A DNA stretch of 64,000 bases from Daphnia carinata (Eukaryota), in NCBI RefSeq assembly GCF_022539665.2, contig NC_081333.1, forward strand, positions 11,284,001-11,348,000. The letters are read 5' to 3'. Below are positions 37,301 through 48,436 of this stretch, piece by piece. A model generated the notes under the pieces. It made no database searches and was not told the origin of the DNA. It saw only the letters and a program-made list of their open reading frames with translations. A program made the translations under genes and the position numbers. Positions within the stretch are counted from its first letter, which is position 1. The number at the start of each line of letters is the position of its first letter.

Positions 37301-38979
37301 CTAAAAGAATTGTTTCTTTTTCTTGGGCTTCACGTAGTGCGTCTTGCCGTGATTGCATCTCTTGCTCAAGGCGAATCTGCTGATTGTCTGCCTCTTGCAA
37401 CTTCCTCTTGCACGCCTGTAACTCTTCCGACTCTTTCTCAAATTTTTCAGCCAATTCCAGTATTTGTTCATTCAGCTTGTCGTTCAATTCTTTCATGTTG
37501 TCGCGTTCATCTTCTGCGTTGCTCAACGATCTAATGATTTAGAGACAACACATCTAGTGAAGTATTATCTCAACTACGAAAACAATCACGCTATTTTACC
37601 GTTCGGTTTCCTGTAACTTTTTAAGAGTTTCCATCTTTTCAGTGAGCACTTTCCGCAAAGATTCTTTAGAAACATCTTGGTAAATGTTTTTCTCGTCATA
37701 TAATTTACGGATTTCCTCACGTAGTTTATCCTCGTGAAAGTTCTTTAGAAAAAAGAACGGGAAATGACAAACTCAATCTTCGCGTAAGCTTTTTTAAATT
37801 TGTTTGTTTAGTTTTATTTTATATGTTAAGAAATCTTTACTCTATATTTTAAATATAAGAAAAAAAAACTAAAAAGAGAAGAAGGAAGAACGTACTTTGG
37901 AAGATACGATAAGTTGATTTTCGAGGGATTCTATTCGGGTTAATAATCTATCTTCCTCCATTAACGCTGTCCAGCCCATTTCAGCTGCTTCGCGAGTAGC
38001 ACTCACAATACGCTGCAAGGAGCCTAGTTTCGTTTCTAATACTTGTTCTCGAATAACTGCTTCCTACAAGTCGATAAAAAAATTTGAGAAACGAGATCGT
38101 GACAGGCGCTTCCCAGGTAGATACCTGAATCCATTGATTTAGCTGGTAGAGATCTTGTTTTCCAAGTTCGCAATTGTCTTCTTCCTCTTGAATCCCTGTT
38201 GAGGGACTGGAGGAAGAAAGTATACATTAACTTTAATCATTCAATCAGGAATGGCAAATTTACAAACCTGGCTTTGGCTTCTTTGCCATCAGGTAAATAC
38301 AGCTTCACAGTGGCTACAATACATCCATGAGTAACTTAAAAAAAAAAAAGGAGAATAGTTGAAGCAATTTGCTAAAAACATAACATTATGAAATGAATAC
38401 CTTTTCTTGAATTTTCCATTACATCCACTCCAAACTGAACTATATCACCAGAGCACACTTCTCGTGGTGCTGATTCTTCAGATCCTTTACTTAATCTCTG
38501 ATTGTTCACAAATGTTCCATTACTGCTTTTGGTGTCTTGTAAATAAAACTAAGGAAAGAAGGAGAAACATGAGAATTATCAAACTCATTTGGGATGGAGT
38601 CAATTACTTGGGAATACCTTTCCATCTTTGTACCACAACAGAGCGTGGTTCCTAGATAATACTTTACAATCGAATATGGCATTGTTGACAGCAGGTTTTA
38701 CTCTGGCCACTGACCGTCCAACTTTCATGGCACTTTCCAAGCTGAGATTTCTCTCCTGCATAGCAGAGTTTTTTAATATATCAATTTAAGTCCACCTGGC
38801 AGAGCCTTGTCCTGTACCTGGAAAGGGTGTGAATTTGGTCGGCATATAAGTGTAGCTCTTGGAACCATCTTGTTGGATTCCTGGCCCCCATTTTCGGGGG
38901 TATCTTTAAGGGTCACATTGTTTTCGTCCAGCGCGGAAAGGGAGACGGATCGGGGCAGGTCGAATTCGATCACAACCAT
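34312..38979 (-). CDS. SLMAP: Sarcolemmal membrane-associated protein (FHA domain, coiled coils, C-terminal tail anchor; STRIPAK component)
   Basis: Spliced N-terminus ...[130 protein letters not shown], then [23 protein letters not shown]...[15 protein letters not shown]. Long coiled-coil exons follow, then two alternative TM terminal exons (35170-35093 and 34413-34312). Confidence 0.95.
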
Positions 38980-39324
38980 CCGAGCAGCCTTTGATTAACG
39001 ACTGTCGAACTCTGGGAAGAGCCGCCCTTCCTCGTTTTCACTGTTTTGAAAATAACATGCAGACTACTTCAAGAGAGAGAAGTGTGACGTTATTTTCACT
39101 GTCGTCTTTCAACCCGAATATCGTGCACTGGTTATTGATTAAACTTACAAGATCAATGGAGTTTTTCACCAAGACTCAGCTCGACAAGATTTCCTTAAGT
39201 ACATCCCCAATCATGCTTAAAGTTACGGCCCAAAACTCATCTATAGACCACACACAATTTCACTAAACTTGATTCTCCCTAAAGAAAGGGAAAGCGAACC
39301 CTAAGGGAGGGGTTTAGGAAGGCG

Positions 39325-39343
39325 AGGTGGCGCCACCTACTGT
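39325..39343. promoter_or_regulatory. Palindromic CTCF-like motif near the SLMAP promoter
   Basis: AGGTGGCGCCACCT is a perfect 14-bp palindrome (39325-39338). The minus strand reads ACAGTAGGTGGCGC, matching the CTCF core xxASYAGRKGGCRS. ETS-like GCGGAAGT and ACCGGAACT lie just downstream. Confidence 0.5.
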
Positions 39344-39602
39344 TGATATCAAATGGGCGGAAGTCGGTCGCGACATCTCTTGGAAGTAAATACAACCGGA
39401 ACTTGAAACAAATAAATGTTCATCAAACATTTCAAAACTTTTTCTTCTTGCGCTTTGTTTGAAATGATGTCGATGATCGATTTTTTTGTGCCATTTTTAG
39501 CCCTTTATAGTAGGCATGGCTCTTCTTTTTTCTCTTCTTTTCACTTTTCTATACAGCGTTGTCATTTGGTGTAGATGATGATGATATCCGAGTGAGAATG
39601 TA

Positions 39603-39706
39603 GAATCTTGCGTAAGGCGATGAGACGAAGAATCTTGTGTTTTTAATGAAGATGCTGAATCTGGGTAATCCGATGAGTTGAAGAATCTTGCAAATCGAAT
39701 GATGAT
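39603..39706. repeat. Degenerate ~27-bp minisatellite (4 copies)
   Basis: GAATCT(T/G)G anchor at 39603, 39630, 39657 and 39683, each followed by a GATGA/GAAGA-rich segment. Confidence 0.6.
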
Positions 39707-39756
39707 TTGGAGGGGTGGTAGGTAAGAGAGCATGGAGGGAATGGAGGGCTTGGATA

Positions 39757-39830
39757 TTGGAGGTGGCGGGACTTGAACCCGGGACCGAGAGAATACAAAG
39801 CGAGGGTGATAACCACTGTGCCAGGACCGC
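39757..39830 (-). pseudogene. tRNA-derived sequence (SINE head or tRNA pseudogene) with Pol III A and B boxes
   Basis: Minus strand GCGGTCC-TGGCACAGTGG-TTATCACCCTCGCTTTGTATTCTCTCGGTCCCG-GGTTCAAGTCC-CGCCACCTCC. The A box, B box and T-arm are present at tRNA spacing, but the acceptor and anticodon stems do not pair. Confidence 0.65.
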
Positions 39831-40541
39831 ACATCCCAATCAAATTTAGCTTTAGGTATTCCCATACCCATACCATTCAAATAGGCAGCTTATGTATATA
39901 TTTAATACTCCTCGAGTATGACGTTGTGGAATGGTTCGTTGCTGTCATGCTGAATTCACGGGTTCGAATCTTTATTATATTATTATTTTTTTGCGCTTAG
40001 TTCTTGGCATTTTGATTTCATATTATGCGTAGCTTTTTTTTTTTACAGGGGTTTTAACATAGAGTAGTTACTAGGTAGACCATCTAATGTATAACAATGA
40101 GAACAAATGACGCTAGCCAACGATACGAGTCCGAGCCCTATTGCCCTATGTTGTCGAACCTGTGGTGCGTTGAGGCTTCTGTTATCGACGGTAGTAGTTG
40201 ACAGGTCCTAAAGCCTAGAACAAGATTTGTGTTGTTTTTTTTTGCTGCAGGTCTTGGGCTCAATCGTTTTTCTTGTTGTTGGAAGTGGCGTAGGATTGTA
40301 TTAGTTTAAAATAGCGCCCTAATCCTGTCTTGCGTTATCATTTTCGACAAACTTAGTGTATTTTTTTATATTTTCATTTGAGGTATAAAAGATTTTGTTA
40401 GTCATGCTTTTTAAATTAATCTTGTCATTTATTCGCCTTGTTTGTGGATGACTCATACGTCTTGCGAAATTTAGGAGTTCACGTCTTAACATCTCCCACA
40501 TATCTTTGCTATTGTTTGTAGGATCTCAGAGAATAAACATC

Positions 40542-41958
40542 ATGTTTGAAAGTGGACCCAATTACAGCAAATTAAAAACAAACCTAAGGTTAGTTTTATT
40601 TCTTTGAATGTTTTTGCTCATTTTGTAAAAGAGTTTCCTGCAACTTTAAGACTGGCTGTCAACCGCCTCAAACTTTTGGAGAAAAAAAACACAGAGCTCG
40701 CATTGAAGGCTCGGAAGGAAATTGCAGATTACATTGCTGCTGGTAAAGCCGAAAGAGGTTAGTTTTTGTTCTATTTATGTTGCTGCTACATTAGTTGACA
40801 TTGTTTTGTTCTTCCAGCCAAAATTCGAGTGGAACAAATCATTAGAGAGGATTACCTTGTGGAAGCAATGGAACTACTGGAAATGTACTGTGACTTGCTT
40901 CTAGCCAGATTTGGACTTGTGCAACAGATGAAAACTTTAGATGACGGCCTGTCTGAAGCCATATCCAGCCTCATTTGGGTAGCCCCAAGGATGCAGGCTG
41001 ATGTGGCTGAACTGAAAATAATAGCTGATCAGTTGGGCGTTAAATACGGTAAACCGTACAGCTTGGCTTGTCGCGATAACGCTATAGGCACTGTTGCACC
41101 CAAGTTAATGCATAAGCTTAGCGTGCAAGCACCTCCTAAGATTCTGGTAGAGAAATACTTGATCGAAATCGCCAAGAACTACAACGTTTTCTATGAACCG
41201 GACCCGCAGGTAACCTACTAATTTTTCAAGAAAAAATATCACGAAATTATGCAATTTCCAATAACAGATCATGCGAGAGGCAGCTGCTGCTGAAGAAGCT
41301 CTTCTGATCGACTTCAACGCAACTGAAGCTGGAAAAATGGGAGGAGGTAATCTCGGATGGGTCCATCCAGGTCAAGCAGCCGGGGCTACTGGAGGCCCGC
41401 CGCAAGGTTGGATGCCACCACTGAATGCCGGATTCGCTCCTTTTCCTGGTGGCGCATATGGACCAATGAGTGCCATGTCTCCACCTCCGCCTTATGGATA
41501 CCCATTGCCACCGAGTTACCAGCAACAGGAAAAACCGCCGATAGCCTCAGCTCCTCATCCAGTGATGGAAGAAAAGAAATTACCTTTGTTTAATATTCCT
41601 CCAAATAATCTAGGAACAAACAGTAACGCATCATCAAAAGATAATTCGCCTACTGGTAATAGCAATAGCAAACCGCTTAATACAAACTTACAGGTATAGC
41701 TTAGCCAGGCCATAAAGTTGGTTACCAAACGTGAACGTACACTAAATGAATAACCATTTAACTGATTTATAGATAAACCAACATCCGAAACCGAGTCCGC
41801 GAACAAAGATAAATAGTCCGACACCAGATATGGACCTTCCTGATCTGCCGTCCGTTCCTCAGGATAACTTGGCTGGGCCAGGCGAAAAAGACGCGGATGA
41901 TGATATTGATTTTGACGATCTTACTCGTCGTTTCGAAGATTTAAAGAAAAAGAAATAA
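40542..41958 (+). CDS. IST1: IST1 homolog (ESCRT-III-associated)
   Basis: MFESGPNYSKLKTNLR|LAVNRLKLLEKKNTELALKARKEIADYIAAGKAER|AKIRVEQIIREDYLVEAMELLEMYCDLLLARFGL..., then a Pro-rich linker and the MIT-interacting C-terminus DLPDLPSVP...DDDIDFDDLTRRFEDLKKKK* (TAA 41956-41958). Confidence 0.96.
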
Positions 41959-42436
41959 TACGAAGTCGTCATCGAAGCTGCCTGAAAATGCGTAACTTCC
42001 AGATTCGGCGTTACTTGATATCTACAGGACAGTGTAGCATCTCCTGGAAAATCAGTTATTGTTTACAGTTTCGGTGTGTGCTTGTCAATCCTTGTTACAT
42101 TTATCAATATAAATTCCTTACGTTCAATATTAATGTTATATTTTATACGCCACTTAAGCGTAGTGATTAAAGTCTCAAAATTGTTAAGAAAGAATCACGA
42201 AGCAATAGGGGTTTCAAAGACTACGTGTTCGGACAAAACATAATCACGTGGTTAATAGCAATTGGAATCTTGCTGTGGGGCATCTCCACTAAATGGTTAT
42301 GGGAACTTCAGAGTAAGATTGAGCCTATAAAGTCGTTGAATTTTTACCTGTACAAGTTTCCCTATAGAAGAACGTCATGTCATGTAAATGTACAATGTCT
42401 AAAAAAAAAACTTAAGGAAGAAAATCAAGAAATGAT

Positions 42437-43548
42437 TCAGCAACACGTTGTCTTGGCAGCTTCAGCTTCTACAAGACCATAATCCCGGCCTGCTCTTCTG
42501 TAACCCGCTTTGACACCATCCCAACCGTCGTGAATGGAGTATTCACCTAACTGCACCCTGTTGTATATTTCTTGACCAACAATACGGAAAGCTTCTTCCA
42601 CATTTTCACCTAGGCATCAAATGGGCTATTAAAAATTAATAGTTATTACTAAGACTACACCTACCGGTTTTGGCAGAGGTTTCCACAAATGGCATTTCAT
42701 TGAAGTCAGCAAACCTTGCAGCTTCTTCAGTTGACACTTGTCTTTGGTCTTTCAAATCAAGCTTACATCCAACAAGAATAAATACTGCTCTATGTGGCTC
42801 AATATGTGATTTAGCTTCAACCATCCAATTGGAAACATTCTCAAAGCTCTTCCGACAGCAAATGTCATAGACTAAAAGTACACCAACCTGGGGACATGGG
42901 AGTTCAGACAGGTGTTCTAATATACATATATACATATTTGAAATTCTGATTTACCGAATTCCTGAAATATGACTTTGTGATAGATCGAAACCTTTCTTGG
43001 CCTAGAGTAACAGAAAAAATACATTAAAATTAACTTTCTTTTTTTCCCAAGTTTTATGTCTTACCTGCAGTGTCCCACAACTGTAGCTTTATTCTGGTAC
43101 CATCTTCAACTTGCAGTAATCTTGCAAAAAAATCTACACCAACTGTGGGATCTGAAACCTGAAATAAAACCACCAAGATGTTAAACATTACAGTACTCTC
43201 GGCAAACTCATTAACTAATGGCTGAAAAATGACTACTATATCACAGAGTTTCTCCTACATGCAGCTCAATTTGTATCACGGTTACAAAGGAAATATAACA
43301 GTAGGTGACTCCTTAAGTTTGAATTCACAATGTATGGAAATAAATGAATTGGTAGGTACAGGCATTCTTAATTGCCAATACTATGAGATAAACGGCGAAA
43401 TTGAGCACATTTCAGCAATAAACGTAGCCAAATGTAATACCTCTGCAAATCTTCCATCAGTAAAATACTTGAGCAGTGAACTTTTGCCAACAGTGCTATT
43501 CCCAATAATAATGATTCTGAACTGATAATCGAAAATAGGCTCCACCAT
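42437..43548 (-). CDS. Rab39: Ras-related protein Rab39
   Basis: MVEPIFDYQFRIIIIGNSTVGKSSLLKYFTDGRFAE|VSDPTVGVDFFARLLQVEDGTRIKLQLWDTAG|QERFRSITKSYFRNS|VGVLLVYD...GCKLDL...ETSAKTG|ENVEEAF...DGWDGVKAGY...KTTCC*. The C-terminal CC is a prenylation motif. YQFR, GCKxD and GWxGVK are typical of Rab39. Confidence 0.94.
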
Positions 43549-44476
43549 GATGATCGTGACCACGTAATTCCTCAGTGGCAAATTAACTGAGCTGTGAAAT
43601 ATTTGTATGTCGAGTCCTCACACCAAAACAGGCTTACATGATGTCTAGTTCAGTCTCGATAGTAAACAACGGGCCTCTATTACCCCACCACGCTCAAGGT
43701 CTCGCATTTACGTCTCACTAAATGATTTTGATTTCGTGTTGGCCTTGACCAATATAAGCTTTAAAAAATAGTAATTCTTCTAACCTAACATTACTTTTCT
43801 CCTTTTTCACCTTATAGCTTGATTGAAAACGTAATAACACAAAAGAGAAAAGACGTAATTCGATGATTTCCCAATGTAATTTATCGGCATGGCAATCTTG
43901 CAACCAAACCAATAGTTTCGGTTCGGCAACGAAGTTGGAAGACGGACAGTGACGTTTCCATGTAACTCTCCAACTCGGAGACAGTTGCTGAAATTTTCTT
44001 CAAAAGGTATTGCATAACAAGTATACGCCTCCTTCTTGCGTCACATTTTTTAAATGTTTGTTAACTTAAGAGAGAACCACTGGTTTTGTAAAAAGAGACT
44101 TTGTTACTATTTTTGTGTACGTTATTTATGACAAAAATGATAACTCTTGAACATTTGTCATCTTTGACAAAGCAAAATAATCCGTCAGCAGGAAACAGGA
44201 CAGCAGGAAACTACTCCCTCGGAGGTATACCTTTCGAAAAGTCAAAACTGTTGCAGGAAACCTTAGAACATTGATTCTGAAGTATGAAACTAGAGGAAGG
44301 CCTAAATTTTCAAAAACGTCATTCAATCGGATTTTCTATTCGCAAGAGATTGGAAGTAGGACTATGGATTTTTTTTGTTTTCTTATCTTTTTGTGGCGTC
44401 CGTCTTCCGTATTGTTTTATCGGTTTCTCCTGTTCCGTCCCAGAATTATTCGCAATAGTGAAAAAGACTTACCGAA

Positions 44477-45562
44477 ATGGTCGAAAAAGAAAACAAGTCT
44501 CTAAGCGCGGTGTATCAGGAGGAATTCCAGCCGGATTATTATATTAGGCGATACTATTCGGGTTTAGATGCTGGAAACGAGTTCTGTCTTCGCAACCTGC
44601 ATCAGTTTTTTAAACAAGGTAAACTAAAATGTTGAAAAGCTCTAGCCACTAGAAACCGCGTTGTTATGCAGCATAGTATTTAAAAGAATAGTTTGCCTTT
44701 TATGGGTATATGAAATTTAGGAAGCATATGTCTGAAATTAACTTTTGAAAAATCAATCTAGCTGAATTGAATAAAATCACGGAAGGCACTGCGAAAAACG
44801 TTTTGGAAGTCGGATCAGGACCTGTGCCTATATACGTTATTTCGGCCAGCAAATGGACTGACTGGATTGTTTGTAGCGACTTCCTGGAACAAAACAGACA
44901 AAAATTGAACGAGTGGCTATCTGTTGGACGTAAAGCTGATGAAACTTGGCTGTCTTATGCTCGTTACGTTGCCCAGTTGGAGTCTGAGAAGTAAATAAGC
45001 TATTCTCTTTTCACGACTGATGCAAATTGCTGTATGCTTTTTAATGGTGGTATAGTGCTCACCAGGAATCTGCATTCTTGGTGCTGGAGCGTGCTAGGCG
45101 TTCCATTCGGTCCATACTACCGTGTGATGTTCTCCAAAGCGATCCGTTGTTAGGAAAGACCGACACTATATTTGACGTCATAATATCGGTGTTTTGCCTT
45201 GAATGTGCTGCTTCTTCCGCCAAAGAATATCGGAATACCATCACGAATGTTGTTCGACTCCTACGACCATCTGGCCACCTCATCATGATGGTAAATACAA
45301 TATTCGTTTTATGTCTGTGTAATATTTCCCTATTGTTTCTTTTTTTTTAATTTAGGGAGGACTGGAAGGAGAGTATTATTTTATTTGTGATAGAAAAGTC
45401 CCCAGAATTAAACTCACACGGGAAATGATCGATTCGGCCTTGGAAGACGCTGGTTGTAAGATTGTCACTTGGGAAGAATTGCCGCGAAACTTACGGCCTC
45501 CGGATTTGCCCATTGATTACACGGCAATGTTTTTTTGTGTAGCAAAGAAAACACTGATGTGA
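44477..45562 (+). CDS. NNMT/PNMT/INMT-family small-molecule methyltransferase
   Basis: Spliced: MVEKENKSLSAVYQEEFQPDYYIRRYYSG...FCLRNLHQFF, SAM-binding LEVGSGP, IVCSDFLEQNR, ILPCDVLQSDPL, FDVIISVFCLECA, LLRPSGHLIM, ending MFFCVAKKTLM* (TGA 45560-45562). An additional upstream exon cannot be excluded. Confidence 0.9.
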
Positions 45563-45832
45563 GTCTGTGAAGTTGTACGCATGGGAATCGTCCCGGGAAA
45601 AATACACAGCTTAATATCCAAGTTTATGTCAAGGATCTTTATTGTAAGCTGGTAGGAATTGTTTAATACGAAAGACAACGTCCGTTTGTTCCAGCAGCAA
45701 ACCGTATTCTCATATGGGTAATGTCATTATAAATGCTATTGGCTATAAATGATGTGACAGTTTTTCAACCAAGTCAGTTGAGCGGCCGATGTGTAAGAAG
45801 ACCTTTCTCTGCTATTTTAAAGCGAAATTTAA

Positions 45833-48196
45833 ATGGCTCAAATCAAAAATAAAATTCTGTTTCCTGATCTTAACCGAAATCCAGAAGATGAATTTCCAAA
45901 GCAACGCGTGCCTGACTATGTCATTTCAGAGGTCGAAAAGCTTATACAACTTCACGGTGATTTAGAACTCTTCGTAAGTGGATCCAAGTTTACGAAGTAA
46001 TCCAAAGATAAGTGGTCAATTTTACCTACAGATTGACTGGAAAACGCGATCTAGCGTAACTGCTAGTCAGTTGATCGACGATGCTTACAAAATTGCTTCA
46101 CAATTTAAAAGAAGAGCCTGTCAACCTGGAGCGGTGATTTCGTGCTTAATCTACAGTGATGTCAACTATTTTAGTTTCCTTTTGGCGACATGGATGTCAG
46201 GCTGTGTCTCGTCATCTTTACAACATTCTTTCTCGCAAGGTCTAGTAACAAAAAACTAACTAATAAAAGCTTGACTTACAGCTCTGTACACATTGCAGAG
46301 CTATTGATTCAGCTGATACGATCTAGCCATAGCCGCTTATTGCTGTGCGATATGGAAAGTGCGGAAAGGTGCCGAGCTATTAAAATTGAATGTCCTGAAT
46401 TAGAAGAAGTCTTCGTCCTAGGCCAATTCGAGGGCTGCACTCCATTCGATCGCCTTCTCAGCGACGAGGCTTTTGATCGTGGTAATATAGCGGTTAATTC
46501 CTCAATTTTAAACGTTATATTTGTCTAAACACAATGTCATTTGTCAGATGAATTCAAAAGACCCGAACCTTACGACCCAGACGAAACATTATCAATGGTA
46601 TTCTCGAGTGGAACAACAGGAGAACCGAAAGGCATTCTTCTAACTCAGCAGAACATCTATAGTTATTTACTTACAGCACGGTGTGTATTAGAAATCAAGA
46701 GGTAATCATGTAGATATCAGCGGTTTCACAGTTTTCTATTTGATCAGACCAAAGGCTAACAGACCCGGAATGAGAACTCTCTTCGTTCCGAGGATAGGTA
46801 ACGTCATGGGCCTCGTTTTCGGTCTTCGAGATGTGCTCATCTACAGCAAAACGTATTTGATGTCGACCTACCGAGACGAATGGCTATTTGCCGCCATTGA
46901 AGAAACCAAGGTACTCAAGAAGGAATAGTTTTTCGATAAAACATCATGTTTCTAAATTGTTTAAATTATCAAGCCGGAACGTGCATTACTTTATTTGCCT
47001 CACATATTGGCAATAGCTAAACATCCGAAATCAGAGACGAGCAACTTGTCCAGCATAGAGGCCGTATTTACTGCTGGCATGTCAATTAGCAAAGACTTGC
47101 AAAAAAAACTATTCTTGAAGTTGACTTCGCTAAAGACCTTCTTTATGGCAAGTTCATCTTGTGGAATATGTTAAAGAACATTTGTTTAAAAAAAATGATG
47201 TGGTCCTACCATAGTTTTATGGCATGACGGAGTTCGCCATCGGCACGATGCGTCCCTTTTACGATTACGAGGAAAACGATCATCGCCTTGAAGAGTTGAG
47301 TAAGTAAAGCGCTCGCGGATAGCATTTAAAAGGTCCCATAAAATCTTCACTATATCCTTAGGAAAAAACCACAAGTTGAAACCAGATTCAGTTGGACACC
47401 TCTGCCCAATGAATCTAATGAAGGTACGGTATCAATAAATGATATTAAAGATAAATATAAGAAATAAATCGAACATTGTCAGGTGGTAGACGAAAACACC
47501 GGGGAAACACTGGGACCAAACCAAAAAGGTGAATTATGCTTCAAAGGTCCTTCGTTGTTTAAAGGATATTGGAATAATGCAGAGGTACATATCTCATTAA
47601 CATCGCGGAATGGGCAGATGATTCAGTTTAAATATCCTTAACAGGCAACGACGGATATCGTAAGGGATGGTTGGATACACACAGGTGATGTGGGCTATTA
47701 CGATGACGATGGAGACGTGTTTTATGTCCAGAGAAATAAAGAACTAATCAAATACCTTGGCCACCACGTAAAGGAAAAAATTACACCAAGATTATACAGG
47801 GCATGTTAATTCTCTTACACGTTTGGACAGGTGATTCCATCACAGCTAGAAGCGATCCTGAAATCCCATCCGGCAGTTGAGGACGCTGCTGTTGTGGGAA
47901 TCAAAAGCGAAGACTATGGTGAATTACCAATGGCTTATGCAATCAAAAAGCCAGGTCACGATAAATTGGAAGCTAGAAGACTCGTAAACTTTTTACACGG
48001 TATGTATCAGCCAATTTTGAAAAGCCATCATATTCGATTTTGTTATTTTACAGATCGCGTTCACGACGAATCTTTGCTGCGAGGAGGACTCGTGTTCATC
48101 GATGAGATTCCTAGAAACGTCATGGGCAAAATAGTCCGCCAGCAACTGCGCGATCGAGCAGAATCAGAAGCTTGGAAACCTTCATCATTTCGCTAG
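45833..48196 (+). CDS. Adenylate-forming acyl-CoA synthetase, 4-coumarate-CoA ligase/luciferase-like
   Basis: Multi-exon ORF with P-loop [67 protein letters not shown] and PRNVMGKI. One GC-AG intron (47148-47214). Stop TAG 48194-48196. Confidence 0.92.
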
Positions 48197-48436
48197 ATTT
48201 AATTGATTTGTTTAAAAGTGGGTGGATCGCTTAAAATCCTGACATAAGACACTTAAAGTCCTTTTCCAAACAGAAACGTTTATTTTCAATCTCAAATTTT
48301 TTGAATACATCAAGTTTAATTTGCCAAAACAGCGTCAGATTCATCTTCAACTCACTAGTCATTTACGGCGACAACAATGGTACCTTTAAGGCCACCTTTC
48401 TTCGAACGTTCGAGAGAGAGCGCAACGATAGGTAGG

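Noticed and set aside
39757..39830. Functional tRNA gene
   Set aside because: Acceptor and anticodon stems do not pair, so it is kept only as a tRNA-derived element.
43160..43440. Possible intronic snoRNA in Rab39 intron 1
   Set aside because: No convincing C/D or H/ACA box pair, and the candidate ACA is too close to the 3' splice site.
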